Below, one piece after another: positions 21,666 through 34,828 of a stretch of 64,000 nucleotides of DNA. Source of the DNA: Podarcis bocagei (taxonomy: Eukaryota); the NCBI GenBank assembly GCA_964188305.1, contig OZ076897.1. The stretch is one strand, 5' to 3'. The position numbers and the translations under genes were made by a program. Position 1 is the stretch's first letter, and every line of letters begins with the position of its first letter. The notes below the pieces were generated by a model. The model saw only the letters and a program-made list of their open reading frames with translations, had not been told where the DNA came from and made no database searches.

Positions 21666-23320
21666 GTAAGTGATGGCTGCGGAACAAAAGCATTTTTCCC
21701 CCTTCCTTTTTTTTTTGAATGTTATTTTGTATTGTTTTTATTCATCCTGTGTTTTCTTTTGCATGCATGAGCAGCATAAAAATAAGAAATAAATATAAAA
21801 GTTATGGGTTTATGACTGGGCGTTCTCTGACATACAAGCCACTGACTTTAACTGGTGGGTGGCTTCCTCAGATATTTGTTACTTGTGTAATAATAATAAT
21901 TCCTTCTGTCATGAATAGCAAAAAAAAAAGGTTAATGAACATTTTGAGGTTTGCCGCGAAGCGTTTTTAGGAGCTAATTCATTTTGGATTGTGTGTGTGT
22001 GAGGTTTGTGTTTTGGTTTCTTTTCTTTAGCAAATCCTGGAGCAAACCTGATATTCCATAGAAGCAAATCCAATTATAAGTGACATGACAGCTTGTTATG
22101 TAAAGGCTGAATCAAATTTATCCTTAAGCAGTACAAAAGAACAGAAGGTTTCTCCACAAAACATTTGAAACTTAGGGGAAATTATTTTATGTTCATACTT
22201 GGGCACACAGATCAAAGTACAAAATAAATGATTATTTTTTTTATCACGTATGAAGGGTGTGCTATGTGCTATCAGTAGTAGCCAATTCCTCTTTCTGCTC
22301 TTAACTTCCATCTACCTAATTGTATTTTAGTTATTACGGTTTTTTTTTATTCTATACTTGCCCAAACAGGTCTACAAATCAGAAGCAGAACAAAAATAAT
22401 ACCAAAAAGAAATCACTAAGAGCCAACACCCACGATTAAACACAAAGTCATTAAATCTCAGATATCCTTGGAAATAAAGCTATTTGCACACAGTATCTAA
22501 AAACTAATAAATAAGGAGTAAGGTGAGCCTCTTGAGGAAGCGAGTTCCGCAGCCTCGGTGCCACCACTGAGAAGGCCTTGTTAGATGTTGCCACTCTCTA
22601 CATCTCCAACAGAGGAGTCTCCATAGATAACTTGATTGGTTAGATAGATTCGTATGGGAGATGGTCATCTTTGAATTACCCAGACCCTCAACCTGTCTAG
22701 ATTTATACAAGTAAAAAAACAAAACTAGCACCTTTAATTGGAACTTGGAAACATTGTGCATGTATTTTGTACTTTTATGTGCATACCAAAGTACGAAAAA
22801 TAAAAGTGAGATTAAGCCATTTAAAGCAGTTGGGGACAGTTTCTCTGCTGAAACCATACATGAAGGAGAATGATCTCTTTTTAAGATGCCAACGTCCTAT
22901 AACTTGCTATGGGAGTTTTTGTTTTTTATTTTAATTAATGTGTAATTAAATAGTAAGAGCTGTTTTCAGCTCTGTACAGGACACGCCCAGTGGGATTCTA
23001 AGTCCCCTTTCCCCTTTGAAGAGCAAAACCCCGTACCGACTGCTTTTGGAAAGCCCTTGGTTTCAAAAGCAGATTGCATGATGTGGATGGTTCCGTTAGA
23101 AGCCTTCCTGGGCTCATGAAACTAGTTGTGTAGTTCTATAGATCTCGCCTCATATGTCTTGAAAATTGTAACTAGGCTGGTAGCAAATTTATTTCTCTTT
23201 GGAGGGAATCGGTTAGATTCTTTTGCCACTTTCTGCTCATAATTGCTCTATTTTTGTCCTGGAAACATTGCTTATTGCATATAGACCCTATATTGATGTC
23301 AGATTTTCTTTTTACTCCAG

Positions 23321-23435
23321 GGTCTATTTCCTCTTGTGATGCGTTTCTTAATGTCTTCCAAAGCAAAGGCCTCAGACAAGAAGTCATTTGCCCTTGCGCT
23401 AGTTCGCCAGAGGCTCTCACAGTGGCTATTAGAAG
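23321..23435 (+). CDS. DIP2C: DIP2C exon (~17), WSISSCDAFLNVFQSKGLRQEVICPCASSPEALTVAIRR
   Basis: ccag|GG...AGAAG|gtactg, 115 nt. Confidence 0.96.
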
Positions 23436-25535
23436 GTACTGTATATTTAAATTTAAAATGAGTGATCCTGAAGGCAACATAGCTTCATGCATACAGCTGT
23501 CCCAGAATTGAATAAATGGAAAACATCAGTCACTGGACCTCTAGGAACTCTTTGGATCAGAAACTTTAAGTCACTCTTTCTTGTTATCAATTCTTTGTTG
23601 TTTTCTTTCTTTTTTTTAATTAATCAGTTTATAAATTTAAAAGGTTCTGATATCTTGTTCAAGTGTTTCTCATTAAAGTATTACAGGATACAAGACATTT
23701 ATATATTTCAGACAGCTATATTAAACTTTTTGTAATCTAATTTCCCCCCTTTTCTTTCAAAAGTTAATTTTATCAACTTAAAAAAAAAGCTACATACAAG
23801 ACTATTGCTCTAAAATATTTGGTTTCTTTTGATAGCTTTTTGAATGTTCTCTGGCATCTGAATCTTTTCAGGATCATCTTCTTATTTACTTCCTTTACAG
23901 AGTTTCAATAAGGTTTTTGTATTCTGATGTCCATGGTTTCACCCACAAAACATACATGAAAGCTATTTACCTGAGGAGGTACATGGTGTTGTTGGCAAAC
24001 AAGTAGCTTATAGATCCGGTGTAGCGGCTACACTGTTGGACCAGGTAGACCCGGGTTCAGATTCCCACTTGGTGGATAAGCTTGGGCAGGGCACCATCTT
24101 TTGGCTTAGCCTATCTCACAATACAAATGTCAGCATAAAATTGACAAAAAGAGAAGGTCCCAGAGACAGAGAGCAGACTACAAATGTGGTGACAGGCTTT
24201 GCATGGCTCTAACTTAACTTTCATTGACATGTGGCATTTGTGCCATGGCGAATTCTTCAGTAACAAACCAGCAATGATTCGAAATCATTGTCAGGCTACC
24301 AGATGATGGGTAGCATGCAGAACATTTTGTTCTTGATTCTTCTTATTGGATATTCCTTTTTAGGCAGGACAAAATTTGTGCATGTATCTTTAGAAATATG
24401 GGCTGCAACCTACAAACAGTCAAGGCATTTTTTAACCCCACAACAAAAACTTGAAGCCCTATTCATGATGCATGCCTAATATCCCTGGACTTTAAGGACT
24501 TTGCAAGTTAGCGCCAAGAGTTTGAAAACACAGCAATAATGCTCTCTGCTCATCCATTTGAAATGTTTTGAGTTGCTTCCAGAAACCATGCATTATGCAC
24601 ACTTAAACACAATGGAAATCAGTAAAAATCATAAACCAGTTATCTATATGCAAGATGAATATTGGGATCTAAGCTTACTCTCTCTAATAAAGTTTATTTT
24701 CTTTTTGCGGTACTTGTACAGCTTATTTGTATCAGTGTTGAGTGATGATGGGGCAAAGCTCACCTTAAAAATATACACAAGGTGGTATTATGTTCAGCAT
24801 GACAGTTGCAGAAGGGTACAGGCTCAGAGATAATGTTGATCAATAGTGTGGTTGAGCCTTCCTTCTAAATGATGGATATGACATTAATCACGGCTGCCCG
24901 TTTACCAGCCTCTCATTTGTTATGCCTTAATGCACATTAAAACCCTCCCATAACTGGAGTGCTCAATTCTTTTTTGCTGGTATCATGTTGGGAGGAAGGG
25001 AAGAGCCCCTTAGCATCTTTTAATTTAAATTTATGGCACCAGCCATCTTTCCCCCCTCTTAATGAACATGGTTAGCTAATACCCATCTAGTAGTTCATGC
25101 ATTGCGGGGAACGCCATAGTAATTAAAGATAAGCCCTGCAGGCAGCAGTTTCTTGGTACGGATTGCAAAAGGCAGAGAGGCACACTCACTTCACTGTTCG
25201 ATCTGGAATATGTCTTGGGATCTGCCTGCACTATGTGAAAACATCTGCCATAACTAAAAATGGCATTGCGTTGAGAGAGCCGTGTCACTAAAACAAACAC
25301 CTTGACGCATTTCCTCTTTTGTACTTTCTCACCTTCAAGAGTCCTATGAAAGATGTATGTTTGTGTTGACATAAAATTGGCTCGGCTCGGCTGGTTTTGT
25401 GTGTCAAGGCAAAAAGATCAGAAATGGGACAGTTTAAAGAGCTTTAAAAATAATAATCTTGTGGCCTCTGTGTATTGAGATACACATTGCAGATTGAGAG
25501 TTGCTGTCTATTTGACGTTTTCCGCATATTTGCAG

Positions 25536-25675
25536 GCCAACAGATGATAGCAATCAGCCGCCAGGCAGAGGGGTCCTGTCCATGCACGGTCTTACCTATG
25601 GAGTCATCAGAGTGGATTCTGAAGAAAAGCTTTCTGTTTTAACAGTGCAAGATGTTGGCTTGGTGATGCCAGGAG
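25536..25675 (+). CDS. DIP2C: DIP2C exon (~18), PTDDSNQPPGRGVLSMHGLTYGVIRVDSEEKLSVLTVQDVGLVMPG
   Basis: gcag|G...GGAG|gtaaga, 140 nt. Confidence 0.96.
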
Positions 25676-26725
25676 GTAAGACTCCCCCCCCCAGCTTTTG
25701 CCAGAAAATAGGAAATCTGCTTTTAAAAACAAAACAAAAACTGTGTTATTCAAAGACATGCCAGATTTCCACAGCGTAGATAAATAGCTTTAAACTAAAT
25801 GTTGTAATTTCCCTACTCGGGAATCTCTGCAGTTATATATATGAAGAGGGTCTGAACTGTGGGCATGCCAAAAAACTCAAAGCAAATTTAACAAAAACCA
25901 TAGACCGTATTCATGATTCATAGACACACCATTTTCCAAATAGTGCCAACTCCATTAGTCAGTTTTTCAGGAACTTTAAAAAAACATTTTCTTCCCCTCT
26001 CAGTGCCCTCGTATTCCTATATGGAACATGTGTATACAGTTATTATATATATTTTTTTTAAAAAAAATATGCAGGTTGTGATAACTTTTAGATTGATATC
26101 CTGGGTCTGAACTTCCAAAAGTGGCATGAAGCTTTAATTCCTTTTATGTAAGGCCAGGTTTTTCCATGAAAGGGCCTCTAATAAATCATACGTGAAAACA
26201 CACCCCTTTTTGTCTTCTTTGTTATAAAACTGCGACTAGGTGATGGTTTCTTTCTTCTTCCTTTATGTTCAGAACTCTTATTCTCCTTCCCCACCCTAAA
26301 TTTGTGTCTTTATCTGATTCTACAGCCACAGCTAATGTGGAGCTGGGTGTCTTGCGGTATCTTTTCACAGCGGATGGAAATGGGTTGCAGAGCCAGGACT
26401 CCTTGCACTTATAAAGGCATTCTGGCTCTTGCTTAACCTTCTTTCCTCTGCCACATTGGCTCCTTTCCCATTTCTAAACACATGCTTGTCTCGGGATTTA
26501 CTGCAGAAGCAATCAATCAGGAGTCCTATATGGCATTCCCCTTTTATGGCCAAGATTGGAAACAGCAGAAGCCTTAGGAGGCGGAGAAACTTTTAGCATG
26601 GTGGAATAATCCCCTATGAAGTTGTAGTGCAGGCTGATTCCTGAAGACTTCTTTTCTTGACAGTGTCATGTCTCCCCAGCCTTAAAAAAAAAATTTTTTT
26701 TAAAGAATACCCTAATAATAAGTAT

Positions 26726-27070
26726 TAAGGTAAAGGGGACCCCTGACCATTAGGTCCAGTCGTGACCGACTCTGGGGTTGTGGCGCTCATCTCGCTTTAT
26801 TAGCCGAGGGAGCCGGCGTACAGCTTCCAGGTCATGTGGCCAGCATGACTAAGCTGCTTCTGGCAAACCAGAGCAGCAAACGCCGTTTACCTTCCCGCCG
26901 GAGCGGCACCTATTTATCTACTTGCACTTTGACATGCTTTCGAACTGCTAGGTTGGCAGGAGCAGGGACCGAGCAACGGGAGCTCACCCCGTTGTGGGGA
27001 TTCAAACCGCCGACCTTCTGATCGGCAAGTCCTAGGCTCTGTGGTTTAACCCACAGCGCCACCCGCGTCC
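26726..27070 (-). mobile_element. Sauria SINE
   Basis: Full length with (ACCTTT)-type tail on the minus strand; TSD cctaataata(a/c)gtat. Confidence 0.92.
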
Positions 27071-27726
27071 CTAATAATACGTATAGGGGCTGTTCTTATC
27101 CTTCTACATGCATCCTCCTTAACAGTTTTCCAGTGGTAAATTTGCATCTTAAGAGTCTCCATGGCCACATTCCCAGGGAGACTCCAAAAGTGCAGGTGTT
27201 AGTTCACATCCTGAGTAGCTATATGACATGACTGCAATCATGTGCATCGTTATCTGGACATAAGCTGCATCTTGTGGGGGGTTTTTTGTGGCTGCTTGTA
27301 AAACGCGCTGAGTTTTAACGAAGGTCTTCTGCCAGCTGAAATGCAACCTTTAGGTTTTAATTAGAAATGCAAACAAGTCTTTCAGGCAGGTGTTTCCATT
27401 TAAACTGTTAGGGTGAGGTAGGGATCCTACCAAAGAAAATGAAATAAGTCCCCCAGCCTCTGCTTGATGGTTTTCTTCATTCTCTGACTTTTTCTAACAC
27501 CCGAATACTTCGCTTTCACCTCATACATTTTCCTTCTCTGAAAGAAGTCCCAGAGCTACACCCAACTCCACTTCGCTTTCTGAAACAGAATGCCTAGTGT
27601 GTAACCTCAACCCAAGATTTAAGGTGTGATTTTGTTCAGAGAATTGCTTCTGTAGCTTTCTCTTCTCGCTATAGCACTCAAAAACCTTATTCTTTGGGAA
27701 AAGGTGTGTGTGTGCTGGCAACAGTA

Positions 27727-27740
27727 GTTACCGTGACAAC
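27727..27740. promoter_or_regulatory. Candidate RFX X-box
   Basis: gttaccgtgacaac resembles GTTRCCATGGYAAC; ggcaac half-site just upstream. Confidence 0.3.
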
Positions 27741-28038
27741 CCTTCCCGGCGCTGAATAGAAGTTTGGCATTTGGTAGGAAGCTAACTCAAGATATCTTTC
27801 GTATTAGCTTTTTCAGAGCTTGAAAGACAGCGCAAGCAATTAAAGCCACATCTAACACCCCATGCAGGGTGCAAAATTAGATTTTAAAATCTCTAATGGT
27901 TGTATGAATACTGTGCGATAAAACTATGACATCAACTTGACAGTTTGGTTCTATTATCTACATGCATCTTTTGCAAGACTTGCAAACCGTATTTCTTTTT
28001 TTAAAAAACAACAACACTTTTTTGCCTTCTCTTAATAG

Positions 28039-28175
28039 CCATAATGTGTGCCGTGAAGCCTGATGGAGTTCCTCAACTCTGTCGGACGGATGAAGTAGGG
28101 GAACTCTGCGTATGCGCTATTGCAACAGGTACATCTTATTATGGACTCTCTGGAATGACCAAAAACACATTTGAG
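28039..28175 (+). CDS. DIP2C: DIP2C exon (~19), AIMCAVKPDGVPQLCRTDEVGELCVCAIATGTSYYGLSGMTKNTFE
   Basis: atag|CC...GAG|gtgagt, 137 nt. Confidence 0.96.
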
Positions 28176-28995
28176 GTGAGTTTGAGTTCTACAGGTCTGT
28201 TCCCTGCTTAGCCCTTCAAGTTTGAATAATGCTTTTGGATTAGTACTACTGCTAATGATTCAGGGTTTGTTGGGGGTTTTTTTGGTGGACATGCAAAACT
28301 ACTGACAAACTTTCCCGGAGGTTTTGTTAGACAAGTGGTACATCTAGCCCATTATAGCCTACAGTCACAGACAATAGCTTTCCTTGGGTTTCCACTAGAG
28401 GTCTTTCCTATTGTCTCCTACCTGATAATTTAAATAGAGATGTCAGGGATTGAACTTGCAGTCTTCTGCATGCAGTTCATATGCTTTGCCACTGAGCCCC
28501 ACATCTCACTCAGTTGGAACAAGAATTTATGGAGAACTTTTTTTAAAAAGAGGAAAATGCTATCCCTTTCGAAACGTTAAATATTTTATACTGGAAACCA
28601 TTTAATCGGAAGGGAAGGGAAGGATTGACTGTAACGTGGATGCATACTTTAATGTGTGTGTTTTATGCATGGTTTTATGATACAAGGATGAATGTACCTG
28701 ACTCTGTGCATCTTGGGAAAGGGGCTGCAAATAGATCAGAACCGAGCTCATAATTTTTCCCTACAGAAGCCCACTCCTGGCTTCCCCTGAGCTTCCTTCA
28801 TTTCTGCAGCCAAATTTAGGGCAGGCAGGAAGGAAAAGCATTTCAGTTGTTGCTCTTGTTAAACAGTTGGAAGTCAGGAGCCCTTGTCAATGTACTACAG
28901 AATCGCCCAGAGATCCATCAGTGGATCCCGACCTATTTTCTGAACACTCTTGCTCTAGAGCCAACTCAGTAACAAAATAAAAGTTGATGTCCTGC

Positions 28996-28996
<1 letters not shown>

Positions 28997-29045
<49 letters not shown>
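28997..29045 (+). repeat. (CT)n microsatellite forming the polypyrimidine tract of the 29055 exon
   Basis: Direct observation. Confidence 0.95.
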
Positions 29046-29048
<3 letters not shown>

Positions 29049-29054
29049 CTACAG

Positions 29055-29263
29055 GTGTTCCCTATGACCAGTTCAGGTGCCCCAATCAGCGAATACCCTT
29101 TCATAAGAACTGGGCTGCTGGGGTTTATTGGCCCAGGTGGGCTTGTCTTTGTTGTTGGCAAAATGGATGGGCTGATGGTCGTCAGCGGACGGAGGCACAA
29201 CGCAGATGACATTGTAGCCACGGCGCTCGCGGTGGAACCAATGAAGTTTGTCTACAGGGGAAG
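29055..29263 (+). CDS. DIP2C: DIP2C exon (~20), VFPMTSSGAPISEYPFIRTG...VEPMKFVYRGR
   Basis: acag|GTG...GGAAG|gtttgc, 209 nt. Confidence 0.96.
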
Positions 29264-30054
29264 GTTTGCGTCACTTTTCTCCCCCAGAAATAAATAAATA
29301 TTGGATTGTGGAAAAGGCATTTGCATTGCTTAGAGCAGAAGCTCTTTTCATACCAGAAAAAAGCCATAGCAAAAACATTTTTATTTTTAAAAAATACTGT
29401 TTATTTTATGCATTTATATGCCACTGCATAACCAGGTTCTCAAGACAGCTTTGCTATGAGACCAAAAACAAGTAAATATTTCTACAGAATAGCAGATCAG
29501 TAAGAAAACATAAAAAGAATCATGAAAATAGTGGGAAAGCTAAAGCAAATTTAGAGCAGGAGCAAATTAAAAAGCCCAAGGAAATTAGAAAGGGCTTTTC
29601 CTGGTACTGAAATGACCTCAGAGTAGGCAAGTTTCTCTGGGAAGGGGCGTTCCATTGACGGTGTGTCACAAATGGAGCCAAATGCATATAATTAAAAATG
29701 TGGACAGTGGTGGCTCTTTGCTGTTGTGTCGCTTTAAGCCTTATTTTTCTGCCACATCGATGGGCTTGATCATATATAGAGCAATAACATCTTCTGCGAT
29801 GACTCTGTGTGTTAAGCTTTGGAAATCTGAAACAAGATCTTCTTTTATAAAAGCTGTTCTTCAGCAGTGCTCTATTTTAAAATCATGTAGGTGTTGCGTG
29901 CAGCTGGCTTTTTCTAGAATAAATAAGAACTGGAGCCCCAATCTTCTCAATTGCATAACTAATGAGTAATGAGTCACAGAGGATAATGAAATACAGTTTT
30001 CTCTGCACTTGGTATTCTTACACAGTTATCTGTCCTGGTTTGCACACCCCACAG

Positions 30055-30169
30055 AATAGCAGTGTTTTCAGTGAGTGTTCTTCATGACGAGAGGATAGTT
30101 ATCGTTGCTGAGCAAAGGCCGGACTCTACAGAGGAAGACAGCTTTCAGTGGATGAGCAGAGTGCTACAG
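30055..30169 (+). CDS. DIP2C: DIP2C exon (~21), IAVFSVSVLHDERIVIVAEQRPDSTEEDSFQWMSRVLQ
   Basis: acag|A...CAG|gtacag, 115 nt. Confidence 0.96.
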
Positions 30170-32368
30170 GTACAGTTGCTTAAGCTGTAATCCGCAGGGT
30201 CAAATGGAAAGTTGGGGTGGCCAGATGTGCCTCGCCTTCCCTGGAAGCATGAGCCTAAATTTCTCCCATCTATTGCTCCTCACATACAGAGGTGAGACAT
30301 CAATATACAAAACAAAAGCCATTCTCACTGCCACCCAATTAATCCTTCTGTATCCTCTCTGGAATCTTCCACTGCACAAAGAGTCATATTCTTTGTTTGG
30401 ACAGGCTTTAAGAGCTAATTTTAATTTTCCTCCACCGCCTCTTGGAACAAGCGACTGCTTCTCCCCCGTCTTCTGATTAGAGTAGCAGTAACCGTGCTGT
30501 GGACTTGCATGAACTTTAAGAAAAATCAAGGAATGGCGTGTGAAAGGTGGTTTTCATGCCGGTGGAGAATACACAGCAGGATATGAAGCACAAAAGTGAT
30601 ACCAGCCTTGCTTAGTGGCTCTTCATTTTTCCACTTTGGTGTGGAGAACTTGCTTCAGGTCTTGGGTTCGCTGCAGCCCACAGGATTAAGCACCCTCCCC
30701 ACTGTATGTTTGCACAGAAGGTACCAGATATTGGTGGTTGCATATAAGGTCCCTTGACACATGTTTCTTCTTTGAGGCCTTGTGCACTCAGAGAGAGAGC
30801 ATGGGAAGTTTTATAAACGTGGCAGCATAGCATTCCAGGTTCTATTGCATACTTGATTGAAAAAAGAAAATGCTTCAAAGTGGTTTTGTTTCAAGTGTAA
30901 TGAACCATGTGGGGTAATGAGAGTCATAGCTCATAGGTAGCATGGTACTGAGTCGGGGAGGTGGGAGTTTTTAATTGCCTTGTGCATTTTACTTCACATT
31001 GTATTTAGCAGTGTGCCCTATAGTAGCAACGCTGAGCAGAATAAAGCAAGTCAGAATTAATTCTGTTTACCTGGGTGGTGGTCTCTCAGTCTTTTTTGTG
31101 TCACATGGATTGCCTTTGTAATCACTTTTGGTAGAGGTGCCTTTTAAGTAGAGGAATTCTGTAGATGAAGTAAGTTTCTTTATTCATGCTTCAAGAAACC
31201 TCATCAGAAATGCTCCCTTGCTAAATCAGTGGTTGGAGCTAAGGCTGGCTCGTTGGGCATGGCACCAGTTGGATATCACTGTCCCCTGTCATGTTTAAGT
31301 CTCATGCTGGATCCCACAGAGAAAGCAGCAAGACAGGCCAGGTGTTGCAGGACCACGGATAGCTCCACGTGAGCAACTTCCTCTGATAGGGTTAAGTCTA
31401 AGCCTTTTTAAGCATCCTTCTCAGTTCTGTATCCTCCCTTCTGGCGCACTCCTTGCAGTGCAGGATCAGGATCAGATTGCTCAGGAGAAGGTTACAGATC
31501 CTAATGCTATGGAAGTTTGGTCTTGTGGGCTCTTGTCTATCAGCCCCAGACTCAGTGGTCTTCCAATCTCCAGGAGCAGGCTTGAAGCTCTGGACCTGGC
31601 TTGATTCCATAGCTGGAGGCACCTGCAACCTCAGACTCTGAACCTTGATCCCTGCTAGACTTTTGGGTCATTACAATGACACTCTGGTGGAATCCATGAG
31701 TTTATTGCATACTTGTCAGTGTTGGGACACACAGGCTTCTTGTAGTATAGACCATATTGTGCTCCTTGTTGTTGTCTAAAGCTATAATATTTTGAATATG
31801 TGTTCTGGTAAGAGCAAGGTCTCATTTGTTGTTGTGAGGACAACCAGTATGTTTTGAGATTCTGGGCAGTTTTGAAGAAGCTCGTTGTATTCCATAATTG
31901 GCATACTTTTAACCTGGAAGTTCATAACAGAGAGCGGACAGTTCATCCAGGATCTTCTTCTACAGTTTTCATACACAAACAGTGAGCTAGTAAGACTTAG
32001 ACAGGAACGTGTTCTTCTCTTTCTCTTGCCTCTGTAACAATTTGAAATCCATGGTTGTGGGAGGATATACATACATACATATATGGTGAAAAAATAATTG
32101 AAACAGGCTATTTCTGCTTCAGTGTACACGACTGGATTAAAATAAAATTTACTTTTTCATAGGTATAATTAGTCTTGGCTTGTAGTGCATAGCTGATGTG
32201 CACAGTGACTAAGGAGCCATGGACCATTTGGTTTTGACATGTTTTGTGTCTCTGAGTTTGCTTATTTGAGATCACCAACTGAGTAATCCTGACAGTCTCA
32301 GACTTTTTATACTTCTATCTTGAATTCACAGTACATTATTGGATTCACATGACATTATTGTTTTAGAG

Positions 32369-32615
32369 CAGGCATGTCCAACAGGTCAATTGCGATCTAC
32401 TGGTTGATTGCATGGGTGTCTCAGGTCGATCGTGGGCTGAAGGAAAGTGATCTCCTGGGTGTTCCTTATCTCCCTCCCCTTAAAAAAGCTCAACAACTTT
32501 GGGTAATCCTCCCATAAAAAAACTCAACAACTCCTGGTAATGACAGTGGGTGGATCACAGCTAGTATTTTTATACTGGGAGTAGGTCGCAGTCTCTTGGG
32601 AGTTGGACATGCCTG
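32369..32615. mobile_element. hAT-type MITE
   Basis: 14-bp TIR caggcatgtccaac; perfect 8-bp TSD ttttagag. Confidence 0.9.
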
Positions 32616-32706
32616 TTTTAGAGGGTAGAGAGTTTCCCAATACCTTTTTACAGCTCCTCCTTGCACATCTGACCTTGCATTAAATTCCCTTTTTTAATGT
32701 TTCTAG

Positions 32707-32908
32707 GCTATAGACAGTATTCATCAAGTGGGAGTTTACTGCCTAGCCCTGGTACCAGCAAACACACTCCCAAAGACTCCTCTAGGTGGAATCCACTTAT
32801 CCGAAACGAAGCAGCTTTTCCTCGAAGGAGCACTTCATCCCTGTAATGTGTTGATGTGTCCACACACCTGTGTAACAAACCTGCCTAAACCAAGACAAAA
32901 ACAGCCAG
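32707..32908 (+). CDS. DIP2C: DIP2C exon (~22), AIDSIHQVGVYCLALVPANTLPK...NLPKPRQKQP
   Basis: ctag|GCT...CCAG|gtaagc, 202 nt. Confidence 0.96.
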
Positions 32909-33812
32909 GTAAGCTCAATGGCTCCATAAATAATAGGCTTACTGGATACTTTAGGAACATTGGAAGCTGCCTTTCTACTGGGCCAGATCAGTGCTCCATC
33001 TAGCTCAGTATTGTCTACAATGATATGTTCATTGGTCGTTGAGACGTCGACTTTAGTACATAGGTATTGCAGAAAATTATTCTGATCCAATTGAAGATAC
33101 AAGCTGTTGATGCTCCTCTGTGAACTTGCTGCACGTTTCTCTTGCTACTCAAAAAGTCGTTGGGCTGTGGTGTTTGTTGAGCCTCCCAGCAGTAGTGGAA
33201 ATCTGGAAAGGCTCACCTTGATGAGAAGGAAGGAGAGGCCGCTGGGCGGTAGGCTTTTTATTGTCTGTTATCTTGGTTCATCTAATCTTCCCTGCTCCTC
33301 CAGCTCTAGGGAGATTAGCTGAGAATGATAACTAGAGGTAAAAACTCACTGGTCAATGATGTCTCCTTGCCTGTCATGAGTTCTTCTTCTTCTTCTTTTT
33401 GTAAAGCTTCTCTAACTTTCCTCCACCTCTGCGAGTCATCGAAATTCTGTAGACGGGAAGCTATATTTTCTTATTAACGTATCCAGGTTAGAAGAGTCAA
33501 GGTTCTGGCGTCACCTTAGCCATATCTGTTGACCTCTTCTTCAGAGGTGGAAATGTTTTTACGTTCTTGTTCTGTTGTCATCTAGGTATATGTGTGTCAC
33601 TCCATGAAAATGCTTGCCAGTCATTCTTGTTTATTATGGTTGTATAGTAATATCAAGGGGAAACCAGCCCACAAAGGGAACCTATTCTGTTGTGTGCTGA
33701 ACATTTGCATCTAAAGTAGGAGATAGGTTTGCATCTAAAGTAGGTTTGAGTTTTGCATTGTTGTACTTGCCTGTTGTTGTTGTTTTATTGTACTGTAAAC
33801 ATCTTTCTACAG

Positions 33813-33922
33813 AAATTGGCCCTGCCTCTGTGATGGTGGGGAATCTCGTCTCTGGGAAAAGAATTGCTCAGGCAAGCGGTAGAGATTTGGGTCAAATAGA
33901 AGATAACGATCAAGCCAGAAAG
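33813..33922 (+). CDS. DIP2C: DIP2C exon (~23), EIGPASVMVGNLVSGKRIAQASGRDLGQIEDNDQARK
   Basis: acag|AA...AAG|gtaaag, 110 nt. Confidence 0.96.
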
Positions 33923-34747
33923 GTAAAGGAGATAACCTTCCTTATAGGTTGTGGGGCTCCACAGAATGGCATTGTTGTTGTACGATACGTGCCGCGTTTA
34001 TTGGACACATGCGGGCAAACTCAAAACTGGAATAGAAGTTTTTTTTCTTGTCATTTCCAGATCTCGTAGTAAGGTTGCAATGTGCTTTGAACACATGCTG
34101 GAAAAGCAGGATAGAAATACTTCAAATAAATGAATAAATTCTAAAAGCCAGGTTTCACTGAACTGATGGTTGTGTGAACAGGCCTCTATTTCATTGCCAG
34201 TATGTGATACAGAAACCAGATGTGGCTATCACTTTATAGCACTTGCAGACTTGATTCTAAAATGCATATTTTTTGTCTTTGAGAATATTTGTGTGTGTGT
34301 GTGTTTATGGCTGACGTGATAATTGTTATGAATAGTATTCCGTTTTAAAGTTGCCCCAATAATTCCTATAAATGTTCATTGAATAGATCTCTTGGATATA
34401 TTGTTTCCTGTTCATATAACCCATGCAGGCATATCTCACAGTCTTAAACGGTTTTAAGCCTCTTAAGACAATAGAGCATTGCTATGTTGATTGATGAACA
34501 AGATGTAGTACAGCAGTTTATTTTAAATTCTTGGCTTTAAAATACTGATATCCTGCCTTTTCAGTTTTCCATTCCCAAAAGTATTAAGTTTATTCCTCCA
34601 CAATGATATATGCATGTGTAAAACTGGCAACTGTGTCCAAGAGGGGAAGGGGCAGCTCTCTAAAAATGCTTTTAAAAATGTTTAATAGAGTATTATGCTT
34701 CTTACCTCTCCTCTCCTCTCTGATGTTGTCTTCCTCACTGCGCACAG

Positions 34748-34828
34748 TTCCTGTTTCTCTCAGAAGTCTTACAATGGAGAGCGCAAACAACTCCTGACCA
34801 CGTGCTTTACACACTGCTAAATTGTAGG
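34748..34828 (+). CDS. DIP2C: DIP2C exon (~24), FLFLSEVLQWRAQTTPDHVLYTLLNCR
   Basis: acag|TTC...AGG|gtaagg, 81 nt. Confidence 0.96.
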
